DNA of 58,024 bases from Anthoceros angustus. Lineage: Eukaryota > Plantae > Anthocerotophyta. Made by a program: the position numbers and the translations under genes. The stretch's first letter is position 1; every line of letters begins with the position of its first letter. Below, piece after piece: positions 34,901-46,899 of this stretch. The notes below the pieces were generated by a model, which saw nothing but the letters and a program-made list of their open reading frames with translations, searched no databases and was not told the origin of the DNA. Location: positions 1 to 58,024 of the forward strand of contig MU008237.1 in the NCBI GenBank assembly GCA_010909165.1, given 5' to 3'.

Positions 34901-35924
34901 TGATCACTCCAGCCATTGTAGGTGATTTAGAGGACTAGGCCTCAGATGACTCATCTTCTATTGCATGCACGAAACTCTTCTCTTGCATCATAATCGATTC
35001 GGATGATGATAGCATGCTCTCAAATCTCTGCGCATTATCAACCTTAGAGAGAATAGACAATTTTGTCCTTAATTCAGATAATTCTCCCTTAAGATCAAAG
35101 GATTGGATTCTAAGAGTTGCTAATTGACTATCAATTTCTTGAAATCTAAGAGTTTCTATGCTATTTTGTCTTGACTAGAAGATAAAGGAGTACTAATACC
35201 AGCATTCAAATTTGGGATATGTTGGAGAGCTAATTCTAATGCCTTGACGTGAATTGGACTAAAAACTTCTAGCAAATCACGTCTAGCTAGCTTGATAAAC
35301 TTCCCTTGATCTGGTTTAGAAATTAAAATAGATGCAATGAAGTTTGCTATACAAGAGGAGGTTTCTTCTATCTCTCCCTCTATAGCTTGTTGTCTTCTAT
35401 TGCTTCTATGTGTTGGGCTCCTAATTTGTTCTTGTTGTCTTGCAGGACTACTTCTCTTCTTAACTCTATGCCTTCTCCTTCTAAGGGAACACAAATCCAT
35501 GGAGGAAGGACAAAGAATTAGTGCATAAAAGCATTGTTAGAAGAGAAATGTTAGCATAAAAGAATGCATGCAAAGATAGCAATTCTAGGATAAACACAAT
35601 CCATCTAGGCAAATGCTAGATTAGAAAGTGTCTCCTAGATAAGCTACTTAGATGCATGAGGATGCACAAGCAAACAAAGAGCAAGTGTGCTCTGATACCA
35701 TGATGAGATTCATACACAAGCTCAAGCAATATGTGTTGCATTACATTCATAATAGAAAGTACATGCCTTTATGTAGGCAAGGTAGTTGTAACCAATAAGT
35801 GGTTGTAACAACTAACCAATTAAATAACTACTAAAAGAAACTACCTAGAGCCCTAAGGACTAAATTAATTATTAAGTCATAGGTGCCCTAGTGAAGAGTG
35901 CCCTAATAGTAAGCTATTTTATCA
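32000..35924 (-). mobile_element. Ty1/copia element 3, 3'-truncated (5' LTR, PBS, extended gag, protease, integrase, RT start)
   Basis: LTR at 35701-35924 (TG...CA) and PBS gctctgatacca at 35689-35700. Gag at 34194-34772; CNWCRIPNHMEKDC knuckle; WYLDSGATSH protease; WHCRLGHP; integrase RSDNGGEF at about 33060-33085; RT start (NSTWELVKPPRGRK) at about 32050. Confidence 0.95.
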
Positions 35925-36229
35925 ATGGCAGGGTAAAGGAGGACAAGGCTACACGCATAAAAGAAGAGGGAAGTCTGATCCAGCACCTTGAAAACACTAC
36001 ACAACTGCTTGGCAGACTGAAGGAGAGGGTTGTGGACGGATAGGGCAACCACAGCCAGGTGTTTGGTCTGTCGATGGAGCTTCATCCACTTGGCGTACTC
36101 GTGCATCGGCCGAAAATCTAAAGCGCTTCGGATTTGTGTGTGCGGTGGAGGACAACTTGGCTGTTGGGGAGCAGAAAAACAACACATGGGAACCAGGTGT
36201 CCCACCCCCTCTCAAATAGATAAGTGTCC

Positions 36230-39200
36230 TCACTGATCAAAGTAGGCTGAGAAATCATGGAGACCTAACCCTTGCATGTGAACATAGTGCTTGTGCTTGG
36301 GGAGCCCTTTCGTGAGAATATCAGCAGTATTTTCATCTGTGCCAATATAGTCCACTTTGATAACACCACGAGCAACCACATCTCTGATGTAGTGATGTTG
36401 GATCTCGATGTGTTTAGTCCTGGCGTGAAAGGTGGGCTTAGCAACTAAATCGAGTGCTGCTGTGTTGTCGCAGAGAATTAAGGTAGGCTGATGCTGGACC
36501 TGTCCAAGGGCAGCAAGGAACCCTCGTTCCCATTCAGCCTCTTTAGCGGCCTCCGTCATAGATTTATACTCTGCCTCAGTGGAGCTCAAGGCTATGGTAG
36601 ACTGTTTTTTACTGCTCCAATATTATTAATGGAAGCTGAGGCAAGGAGAAAGCAATATGTTGAAAGGCTGCGCCTTGAATCAGAATTGGATCCCCAATCA
36701 GCATCTGTAAATCCGGACAAGGTAAGCTGGGCTGCACCACTGCGCTTGTACATGTGCGTGTGCCCTTTAAGTACCGGAAGACCCTTTTCACAGCTGTCCA
36801 GTGTAACCGCCCGGGATTCTCAAGAAATTGGGAAGTTGTGCTAACAGCATATTGTATGTCGCGCCTGGTCCAATTTGCTACAAACAGCAGGCTGCCAACT
36901 GCATGTCGATAGGGTACATCTGCCATGTCCTTAATTTCTTCTGCTGATTGTGGGCACTGAGAAAGTGTTAACTTGGTACCTGTTGCATAGGGAGTGGTGG
37001 CTGGCCTGGCTGCTTCTAGATTAAATTTCTTAAGTATCTCATTCACATCCTTGTATTGGAGTATGAACAAGAGACCTTCATCCCTAACTCGCAGCAGCTG
37101 AATGCCCAAGCAAAAGTTAAGCTCTCCGATATCTTTCATGTCAAATCTGCTGTGTAGCTTTTGCTTGACAACTAACAGCAGTGCTTGGTCATTGGTGGCA
37201 AAAATCACGTCATCGACGTAAAGGGCTAGGAGCACGATAGAGGATCCTTGGGAAAGCTTGTAGACATTAGTATCAGCTGTGTTCTGAACAAAGTCTATGC
37301 TGAGCAAATACAAATGCATAGTAATATACCACACTCTCCCGCTTTGTTTCAGCCCATATATGCACTTCAAGAGTTTTAACACCTTGTTTGGATGTGCAGG
37401 ATCCTCATAGACCTCTGGCTGGAGCATGTATAATTCCTCATCAAGAACGCCATACAGAAAAGCCGTGCAGACGTCCATCTGCTGGAGGTCAAGATCAAAT
37501 TCTGTTGCATAAGCTAGGATGAGTCTGATGGACTGGCTGCGAACCACTTGTGAAAATGTCTCTTGGTAGTCGAGCCCTTCCACTTGAGTAAATCCTCTAG
37601 CCACGAGACGTGCTTTGAATCTAGCAACTTCCCCTTTTGCATTTAACTTGAGTTTGAACACCACAGAAGATATGGCCTTGCGGCTGGTGGGAGTCGGCAA
37701 GAATCAGTTTTGTTCTTGACAAGCGATATTCATCCTCCACCGCGCCTTCCATTGCACATGTTCGAGGCCATTGAAGGCTTGAGAAAGGCGGTAGGCTCAT
37801 CTGGTAAACTGCGTTTGAAGGCTGGAACGGATGTGTCCTAAAATCTATTGACCGAAGCTCTCCATTCTGTAGGTGGTTGCCTATATCGTGTGGATCACTA
37901 ACCCCTTGTGCAGTTACGGTTCGGGCTCATCGAGTTGCCGCTTGTGCTCCATAACTGGATCAAGAAGATCCGGTGATCAAGAGCGCGGTGGTCGAACATC
38001 AAGCAAAAATCACGCATCCAAGTCGAGCACCCCTTTGCATCTGGAATAACCCCCTCACCTTCATGTAAAAATGGGTCGAGTTGATTTGCTAATCCGAGGG
38101 TTGACAATGGGTGGGCGGGACACACGCATTCGGATCTGGAGCTGGTAATTCAACATCAAACACGATGCGACTGCTCCATGTCATCCAGAGGGTGATCACT
38201 AGCTTCAAGGTGATCACAGTGATTGTTAGGTTATCACTATACGAGGTAAATTGTTGTGCTCAACGGATCTTTGAGGAGTGGGCTCAATGAGCGTCACACT
38301 CTGGCAAGCACCATGGATCCCATTTACCTTATTAACAATTTATGCCTTGGCGATATCAACATGCCAACAACAAAATAAGGCCACGGGCTTAGGATCAAGC
38401 TTCTCCCTTTTTGGTGGGATGTGTGCAAAGGCTCGAGATCAAGAAGACCTTCAATGTATGAGGCTTGGCTTGCGAGACCGAATACCTCGTAAGGAGTCTT
38501 GTGTGGGGACATGAGAACCTGTCTGGCCGGGATATACGTCGCGATGTGATGGCTACTGCCTTGGTAACACCCAGGAATCCGGCCCAGAGCATGCCGGCAT
38601 TGCAGTTTGATTTTACGTTGCAACGCCATTTTCTTTGTGGCGTGTAGGGATAATAAGTTGGCGAAGAACTCCATGTTCTCTTGACAAGCGATATTCATCC
38701 TCCAGTGGCCTTCCATTGCACATGTTCGGGCCATTGAAGGCTTGAGAAAGGCGGTAGGCTCATCGGTAAAAGCTGTGCAGCAAGGCTGGAACAAGATGTG
38801 TCCTAAAATCTATTGGTGATAAGGCTCTTTCCATTCTGGTGGTTGCCTATATCGTGTGGATCACCTAGCCCTTGAGTGCAGTTACGGTTCGGGCTCATCG
38901 AGTTCTTTCGTGCTCATAATCTGGATCAAGAAGATCCGGCTGATCAAGAGCAGCAGGCTGGTCAGCAACATCAGCAGAATCTGCTGCATCCAAGTCAGGC
39001 ACCCCCTTTGCATCTGGAATAACCCCCTCATCTTCATGTAAAAATGGGTCAGGTTGATTTGCTAATCCAGGGTTGACAATGGCTGGAGCAAGACCTGCAT
39101 TCGGATCTGGAGCTGGTAATTCAACATCAAACACGGGTACAGCCTGCTCCATGTCATCCAGAGGGTAGTCACTAGCTTCAAGGTCTGATCCTGTGATTGT

Positions 39201-40020
39201 TAGGTTATCACTATCTGGAGGTAAATTGTTGTGCTCAACGGATCTTTTGGGGTAGCTGGCTCAATGAACGTCACACTCCTGGCAAGCACCATGGATCACA
39301 TTTACATTAACCAATTTGTATGCCTTGGCGATATCAACATGCCAACAAAATAAGGCTCGGGATCAAGCTTCTCCCTTTTTTCAGCTGGGATGTGTGCAAA
39401 GGCTCGAGATCCGAAGACCTTCAAATGTAACAGGCTTGGCTTGCGAGACCAGAATACCTCGTAAGGAGTCTTGTGTGGGGACGAACTGGCTGTCGGGATG
39501 TACGTCGCGATGTGATGGCCTCTTGATAACCTTGAGGTAATCCACCCAAATGAGCATGCTTCGAGTCATTGCCAGCAGAGTTTGATTTTTACGTTCTGAA
39601 ACGCCATTTTGCTGTGGCGTGTAGGGGATAGTAAGTTGGCGAAGAACTCCATGTTCTTGCAGCAAGTCGTCAAAAGCTTGGTTCACGAATTACATCCCGT
39701 TGTGATTGAGCACCTTGGCGGCATTCGGTTGTCTACATGCGATGGTCGTGATCCTTGAAATAAGAGAATATCTCACTCTTCAGTTTCATGGGGAAAGTCC
39801 AGGTATATCTCATAGTCCATCGTGAAAAGTATTGAGAACCTCCGAGTGATGGTTCCTGAATTTTCCTTGATATATCAGCATGAACTATTAAACCAAGGAC
39901 TTGTGCTGCCCTATGTGCAGGTGCATTAGGAAAAGGAGACTTTTCCATTTGCTTCATCTGAGACTACTGCGTGGGCTATGCACTTCCCTGGGGAGTTAGG
40001 AAATAAGTAGGGTTTATTTT
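36230..40020 (-). mobile_element. Ty1/copia element 4, fragment with an internal tandem duplication of about 970 bp
   Basis: RNase H at 36230-36589 and RT at 36609-37700 (KARLVARGFTQ, YVDDVIF). Integrase at 39381-39957 (PYTPQQNGVSERKNQTL). 37710-38675 is repeated as 38676-39660. Confidence 0.92.
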
Positions 40021-40029
40021 TTAGGATTG

Positions 40030-42800
40030 AAGGATAAATAAAGGCGGAAAAGGAGGAATAAATTGGGGTAGCGCTCGGACGAGGCTCGGAGTATACTCGG
40101 ACTACAGTGAACAACGGACCCCGGTACCACTATGGCAAGCTCGGACTCGCAGATAGCAGGATAAGTCCGGAACCCACTCCAGTCAAAATAGGATAATCGC
40201 CGAGAAAGTAACACAGGAGGCGGGCGTGAGGGCAGCGGCGCCACGTGGGCGGCCACAGTGGAGGTCGGGCATGCGGTGGGCGGGGCCGTAACCTTGCGAG
40301 GCCGTTATAGCGGTATTCACGCCCATGGCTCGCGTAAAGGCAGTAAGGCGTAGGGTGATGCGCCATGCAGACCCACAGCGATTCGGACAGCGCCTTCCGG
40401 TTACTTCCTGGCGGCCAGGAGGAGGTCATTTTTGCGGCCTCGAGACAATCCTCACGGTCCCTTGCGCTCACTTCCGGCTCTCGCTGTCTTTTGGCGCCTG
40501 ATCGGCTTAGGCGTGGCGCCGTCAAGGTTGGAGCGTGACAGCGGCGAAGGAGGAACATCGTGCCGGACTCCGGACCCATGACTCTGACGCGAGGAGGAGA
40601 AGCAATGGCACCCAAAAAGCCGGCGGACGTCAGGGCCATGGACCCTCGTGGGCGCAATATTGTGACCCGGCGCTATCCGGACTTGGGCCTGGTGGAGGCG
40701 AAGGGCGTGGTGCGAGTGGCATGGGCGTGTTCGATGGTGCGGACTTTGACAACGTCACTCTAGTCGGAGTTTGCGGGAAAATCTTGGCGGCGATCAACAA
40801 GGAGGTCGATCCAAGAACCTCGGGAGGACCAGGCGATGGACCTTGGAGGTCCGAGGATGGCCTACACGGGAGGAAGAAGGGCGTGGTGCAGGCCCTTAAG
40901 GCGAAGGGAAGATAGGGCCCGGTAGCGAGGCACAGGCAGGCGGACAACCAACGGATGGTTGATATCCGATCTGGCGGACGGTCGAGTAAAGCGGTAGCCG
41001 GATCATTATCCATTGGAACTGCTCACCAAGGTGGATCACCTTGGTGATAACCTTTAGTATTCACATGCGCTCGGTGAGGAAAAAAGCGGGGGGAAGGATT
41101 ATCTTAGGTTCGATCGGGAGCCGCATAAAGGGCGAAGCCCTATCGGGGGACCCCATACGATTCATGTATGGGGCATTTCAACTCTGAAGGAGGGAGGCTT
41201 GAGGCGCTCGGGGAGGCCCCAGTAGGCGTGCAAGGCGCGGGGTGAGTCGTCCTTGAAGACCAGCGGACTCGGGAGGAGAGGCAGGAGGGATTCCGGACTC
41301 CATCGTCTGGGCGAACCCCTCACCACCGGGAAGTTTGGGAGGCGATTCCCCTTCCCTCCTTTTGGTGCCTCAAGCGGTAAGCAGGAGGCGGTCTGGGAGG
41401 CGTTGGCGGCTCCGGCACCGGACAAGCCAACAACCCGGCCTGCAGGCCGAGCCTCAGTGAGCCGAGGCGGAAGGCGGTGCCGCCACCTGTGCTTGACACC
41501 TCGGAAGGTGCGGTACCCACCTTGCAGATCTGAAGAGTGATGGAGGCGAAGGGGGCCAAGGGCGGGAGGTCAGGCCCACCCGAGCAGTCTGTCCCGGCAG
41601 GAAGGGCAAAACTTGCTCCGGACCCCCTCACCTCCTCAAGGCCCCGGAGAAAGAGGCGCAAAAGGAGTTAGAGGCCAAGAGGGCCAAGAGGGTGAGACTC
41701 GGACCTCACCACTCGGGACTGAGGTCTGATTAGGTCAGGAGAACCAGTCCGGACTTACTCGGTGCGGTATGGAGGTCCTTGGACCGAAATGCAGCTCCCT
41801 CACGGACTTTGTGGGGGCCTCACAGTGGCCGTGGAAGAAACACAGTCAGCTACCGTCATGGGCCGGAATGCTTTGGGGTCTCAGTGTGCTGAGAAGACCC
41901 GGAGGTGGAGGCCACCGGAGGAGGATGGTGGAACTCAAGAGCAAGTGAGGCCCCGGAGGGAAGGAAAAGGCGGAGTCCCTCGCTCGGATCGAGGAAGAAG
42001 CGCGGAGTGGCGAGCCTTGAGCAGGATTCAGCGGGGCCAAGGTTCTTGTATGTCGAGCAGTGGCAACTCGAGAGGCCAGCGAGCGGAGACCTTCTGCGGC
42101 GAGAGGAAGCGGGAGGCGGAAGAGAGGGCAAGATGGTGGAGGTGACAACAAGGAAGGACGACGACTTGCGTGAGTTTCTCTTTGAGAACATTATAACGAG
42201 GTATGGATGTCCTTTTGGAGTTGGTCGGTGGCGGAGACTCATTTCCTCAACTCAAGAATGGTGAGACTCTCACCACCTACTTCAACATTCATCGAAGACA
42301 ACTCCTTACAATCCCAAAGCGAATGGTTTGATTTGAGAAACGATGTGTTGTCACAGTACAATCTTTACCAAGGTAAGCTGTGACTACATGTATGATTGGG
42401 ACACTAAGCTTACATTCAAAGGCTATGGGCTTACAGAGACAGAGAAGGTGACAACCAAGAAGACCCCTTATTATTTAACATATGGCATGTCTCTGTGATG
42501 CTAGTAGAATTTGAAGTACCACCTATAGAATCATGGAGATGAGCACGATGACGGTAGAGGATAGTCGGTGGCTAGATTAGAATCTTCATAGAGCAGAGGA
42601 ACGCAGGGAAGATGCTTAAGAAGAAACTCAGCTAATTCGGGAGCTTAGAAAGGATAGGCATGATGGGAAGTTGAGGAAGCAAGAAGCTATCATGGCCGGG
42701 GATTTGGTTCTTCTATATGATAGCAGATATATGGACTTCCGGGGAAGCTTAGATTGAGATGGATGGACCTTATGAGGTGGTGGCATGAGAATGGATCCGT
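40030..42800 (+). mobile_element. Highly decayed Ty3/gypsy pol (RT, RNase H, integrase), copy A
   Basis: Integrase core REFLFENIITRYGCP at about 42170-42215 and RT-like SGY near 40395. Colinear similarity to 47100-48400. Confidence 0.65.
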
Positions 42801-44099
42801 GCAACTTGATGAAATATGACCTATNCAGAAGATTCAACCCAGCTGCACCACCGTCCTCTCTAGTCTGGCTTGCTGCTGGCCAGTTTAGTTGTAAATAATG
42901 TCACATCTTTCTTCGTACCGATGCTGCTTGCTTACTTGCACTGCAGTGCCGCCTTTCTTGCAGCAGCTCGGGAAGGCTGTGGACCAGACATTCGCTACCG
43001 GTTTGGTTTGCATCACAGATTTGTTTTTCTTCCTCATTCCTTCCTTTCCTAGCGCTTTTGGGTTGATTTCCTTCCCACCGCTTTTGATTTGAGCTCCTTT
43101 CAGCGGGGCCGGAGTGAATATACTGCAGTGGAGTGGGACAGGGCATCTAGCCAGCTCTCCTCGTACTTCGCTCCGCTCCACTGCTTTCCAGGGTCGCCCG
43201 CCCCAACTTCCCGCCCTCGCCCTGTACGCTGCTTGTGATTTTGAAGTTGCACAAGAGAGCAAGTAGATTACCACGGAATGCGACACCGTTGTAAGCTGAG
43301 AACGTTTCGAACAGGAAAGGGAATATAGGATAAGGGCATATCCACTATATATGCCTGCCAATAGGGAATTAGATAAATAGGTTAAAATGGGGAATGCTTA
43401 ATTAGGGATGTATTAGTTAGGACGTAATTAATTAGAAGTCGAAATGAGATAGGAAAATAGGCAACTTAGATAGGGGAAGGTATTTTAGGAAGGTAAATCC
43501 AATCTAGGGTTGAGAGGCCCCCACGTGGCAAACATCCAAGAGGGGAAAAGTCCAGTTTGGACAATGCCATCTCTCCCTCCGAACTGAAGCATCTTCACTT
43601 TGGCCAAGAGTCGCTGAGCATAAGAAGGAAGAGGAGGAGGAAGGAAATCGCCATCACCACTAGCAAGTTGCAAGGAGGAGGGAAGTAGGGAGCGAAAGTT
43701 GGGAGGAAGCCCTAGCTTTAGGCGACTTGCCAGAAGGAGAAGGAAGTGGAGAAGAGGAAGGTGTCAGTTGCTGTGGAGCGTGAAAGCCGCAGCCCGCATG
43801 TGCCCAAAAGTGAGAGGGAGTTGAGGGCACGGGCGCGACCACCGTGCGGTGGTGGAAGCCCAAGATTGAAGGGGGAAATCGCGAGGAGGCGCAAGGAATT
43901 CGACAAGGGAGCATTCACATTGGAAAGGAGGTGAAAAGGAAGAAAGTTGGGAGGAAGCCAGGTCTAACCCCAAAATTGTGTGACAGGGCTGCTTCCCCCT
44001 AGAAGGTTTTGTGGTGAGGCACCAGAAGACCCAGAGGGCTTGCGAGTTGGGGAGTAACTTCTCTTGCGCTCCGGAGCTGGTGGGAAGTAAGAGAAAGCC

Positions 44100-45250
44100 A
44101 TGACTCGAGCAGCGAAGGGCAAGGGGAAGGAGGCTCCACCAAGGGCTCGACTTCAGGTGGAGGAGGAAGAGGCAAAAAGCCAACAGCAGGGGGCGCGCCC
44201 CCAAGAGGTGGTGACTTTGAAATGCCACAATTCATTTGCTTCACAAGGCAGCTCAATCCCCGCGATTTGGTGGACTTTACGCAGTGGGCGGAAGAGGAGA
44301 ACATCCAATTGGGATGGTTGTATGGCCGCCAATGGGCCTACACCAATTTGGAGCCGATTGAGGAGCGTTACATCAACCTCCGTCAATCGGAGGCAGCCCT
44401 TGCCACGTTACCCAAGAGGAATGCTTGGACTGATCCTCGTTGCTGGATAGTTCAGAGCATTCGCCAAGTTTATGGAAGGCCAGAGGAGGAGAGCTCAGGA
44501 ATCGCTCTCCTCAAGAGAACGAATGGGGGGAAGAGAGCTCCCACAATGGAAATTCCACAGGAGGTTTTGGAGTTAATTGACGGAGGGATGAAGGCCAAAC
44601 CCAAGAAAGGATGGAAGATTTGAGCAGCATCAAGGAGCTAAGAGGCTCTTGCGCAAATTGTCTTGGGATTGCGGAACTATCAGTGCCTCTTTACTTCAGC
44701 ACCAGCTTCTTGCAATTTTTGTGGAAGATCACTCCAAGAGCCAAACCGAATTGGGGGACAATCATGTATGAGGCCTACATCCACCATAGGGAGAAGCTTC
44801 TCAGGCCCAACACGGTGGATGAAGGAGGAGCAAGGCCGTGCTACCTTAGCACCTATTGGGTGCACTTGTGGGAGACGGAGGGGCTCTTGACCAGCAAGGA
44901 GCTTGAGGATGCGTGGCATCCTTTTGAAATTATACACCTCAAGCCAAGCTTGGAGAGGCCTTTGCCCTTTGTTTTGAGGAAGACCATAGGGGCATACTTT
45001 TCGTGCCATCAGAATTGAGGAGGTGGAGGTAGCACCGGCAAGATTGCCGGAGGTGGGGAATTTTCCCCCACATGAGGAGCAAGGTGAAGGATTTAGAGAA
45101 TTGGCCATAGAGGGCCAAGTGAAAAAGTTAATGAGGGCGCTTTACCACGGTAGGAGTGCAACCCTACCGCTAGGGCGATGTTCTCGAGGGTGGAGGTTCC
45201 CACCATCCGTGGCTGCCAGGGAGGCACCTAGTCACCCTACCCCACGGTAG
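44100..45250 (+). pseudogene. Accessory ORF associated with gypsy sequence, frameshifted, function unknown
   Basis: ORFs 44100-44450, 44222-44623, 44611-45018 and 45023-45250 form a K/E-rich head plus a W/Y/F-rich globular region (FTQWAEEENIQLGWLYGRQW; KPNWGTIMYEAY; PCYLSTYWVHLWETEGLL). Confidence 0.45.
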
Positions 45251-45555
45251 CCAACCCACCGCGTAGGCGGTGCATCCCACGGTAGGAACTCAACCCATCG
45301 CGTGGTAGCACCCCACGCCGATAGGCGGTGCAGCAGCCTCCGCGGTAGGGAAGAGGAAGGAAGGACAACGCGAGGCGCCGAGGGCTGCGCCTAGGCCGCC
45401 ATCACCCACGCCCGTGGGAGGGGAGGGGATGGGGCGAAAAGTGCGGAGCTCACCCGCCGCTGGCTGACGCCGAGGACGGCGATACCGGAAATATCCAGCA
45501 AGAGACCAGCGGAATTGGGGCCTGGGAGATTTTGCCGAGTGCATGTGGGAGGCAC

Positions 45556-46350
45556 TCAGTAGATGTGAAGAAGGCGAGGGAAATGGCAACCTCCCTCTTG
45601 GCATGCCAGGAGGAGGTCCGGGCGAACAAGGCCCAAGAGATGGCGGAGGAGATGAGGGACCAAGGCAGCCTCCTCCTCGCCTCGAGTTGATCGGTCAATT
45701 TCACCTAGGGCATAGTCTGCCCGAAATCGCCTCTTCCTTACCACCATCAACCTATGCACCACCTTTTTGTGGCGCTCTTTCTCCCGAGCTCTCCTCTGCT
45801 CTAGGTCCGCCACTTGCATGGCCAGCGTCTCCCTCTCTTCTTGCCAGGCATTCTTCTTGCGTTCCAGCCCTTGTACTTGGAGGTCTTGGGTGATTAATTT
45901 CGTGCGTCTTACCTCCAAATTCAACCGGGTCCTTCGCAATTCCTCTTCCACATCCCGGATTTTGAGGGCTTGGGTGGCCAACACTTGCTCTTATGCTTCC
46001 ACCTGCTGAATCGCCCGTTTCTTTTGCCCCAGAGCCTCGAATTTGCTTGCCGCCTCTAATTGGGCAATGGTCCTCCGCCTCCATGTTCTCACTGGCGATG
46101 GCTCACTGTACCTCTCCTCCGCTTAGGACAACTTCCCCTCCAGGGCCTTCTCCGTCCTTCTGTGGTCCATAATGTCTTGCTGGAGTTTCTCTGCAGCCTT
46201 CTCCAACTTGGCTGCCTTCTCATCAAAATCCATGGCATATTGCTTTGCATGTGAGGGTAGGAGAAGCAGCCATGGCAAGAGACGCCTACAGGGACAAGTG
46301 TGAGAGTGGAGAATGGCCCACGGAGCTCGACGACCTCCAGATGTAGTATC
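45556..46350 (-). pseudogene. Antisense coiled-coil ORF remnant within the gypsy region
   Basis: KIRDVEEELRRTRLNLEVRR...LAMQVADLEQRRAREKE and FDEKAAKLEKAAEKLQQDIMD show heptad-like charged helices. Confidence 0.4.
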
Positions 46351-46899
46351 AGAGCTTGGGAGCCCATCTCCACAACAGGTTATTGAAGGCCAACAATAAG
46401 GTGTTGCGCCTTGCCAAGAGGAGGACTTTAGGTCCTCATGATGATGATCGAGAGGTGCTGCTACAGGTGTGGCCGGAGGCCTTAGATTTTGATGAGGCCA
46501 CAAGCGACATGGACTCCGAGGAATCAGAAGAGGCGGTGGAAGGAGAGGAAGCCGCGACACCAAGGGGAGAAAATGGCGCAACAATCAAGGGAGGTGGGCA
46601 GCCTACCCTTGCAGAGGTCAGCCTACCACGGTAGATGACCACCTACTACTGGAAGGTGACCACCGCTGGCACCCACCCCACGGTAGACAGCAACCTATGG
46701 CGGCGGTAGGGGCTGTGACTCACGGGCGAGGTTCCGGAGAAGGCAAAGACGCCTGGGGGTCCCGCCGAGGATTGGAGGTACTGTGGACCTCAACATGCCC
46801 CTTAGGATAGATGATAAGGCGGCTGACAGAGCGGCGCCGCCGTAGGAAACCAAAGACAAGGTCCGACCCGTCGAGGTAGGAGAGGGAGTGAGGAATTCC

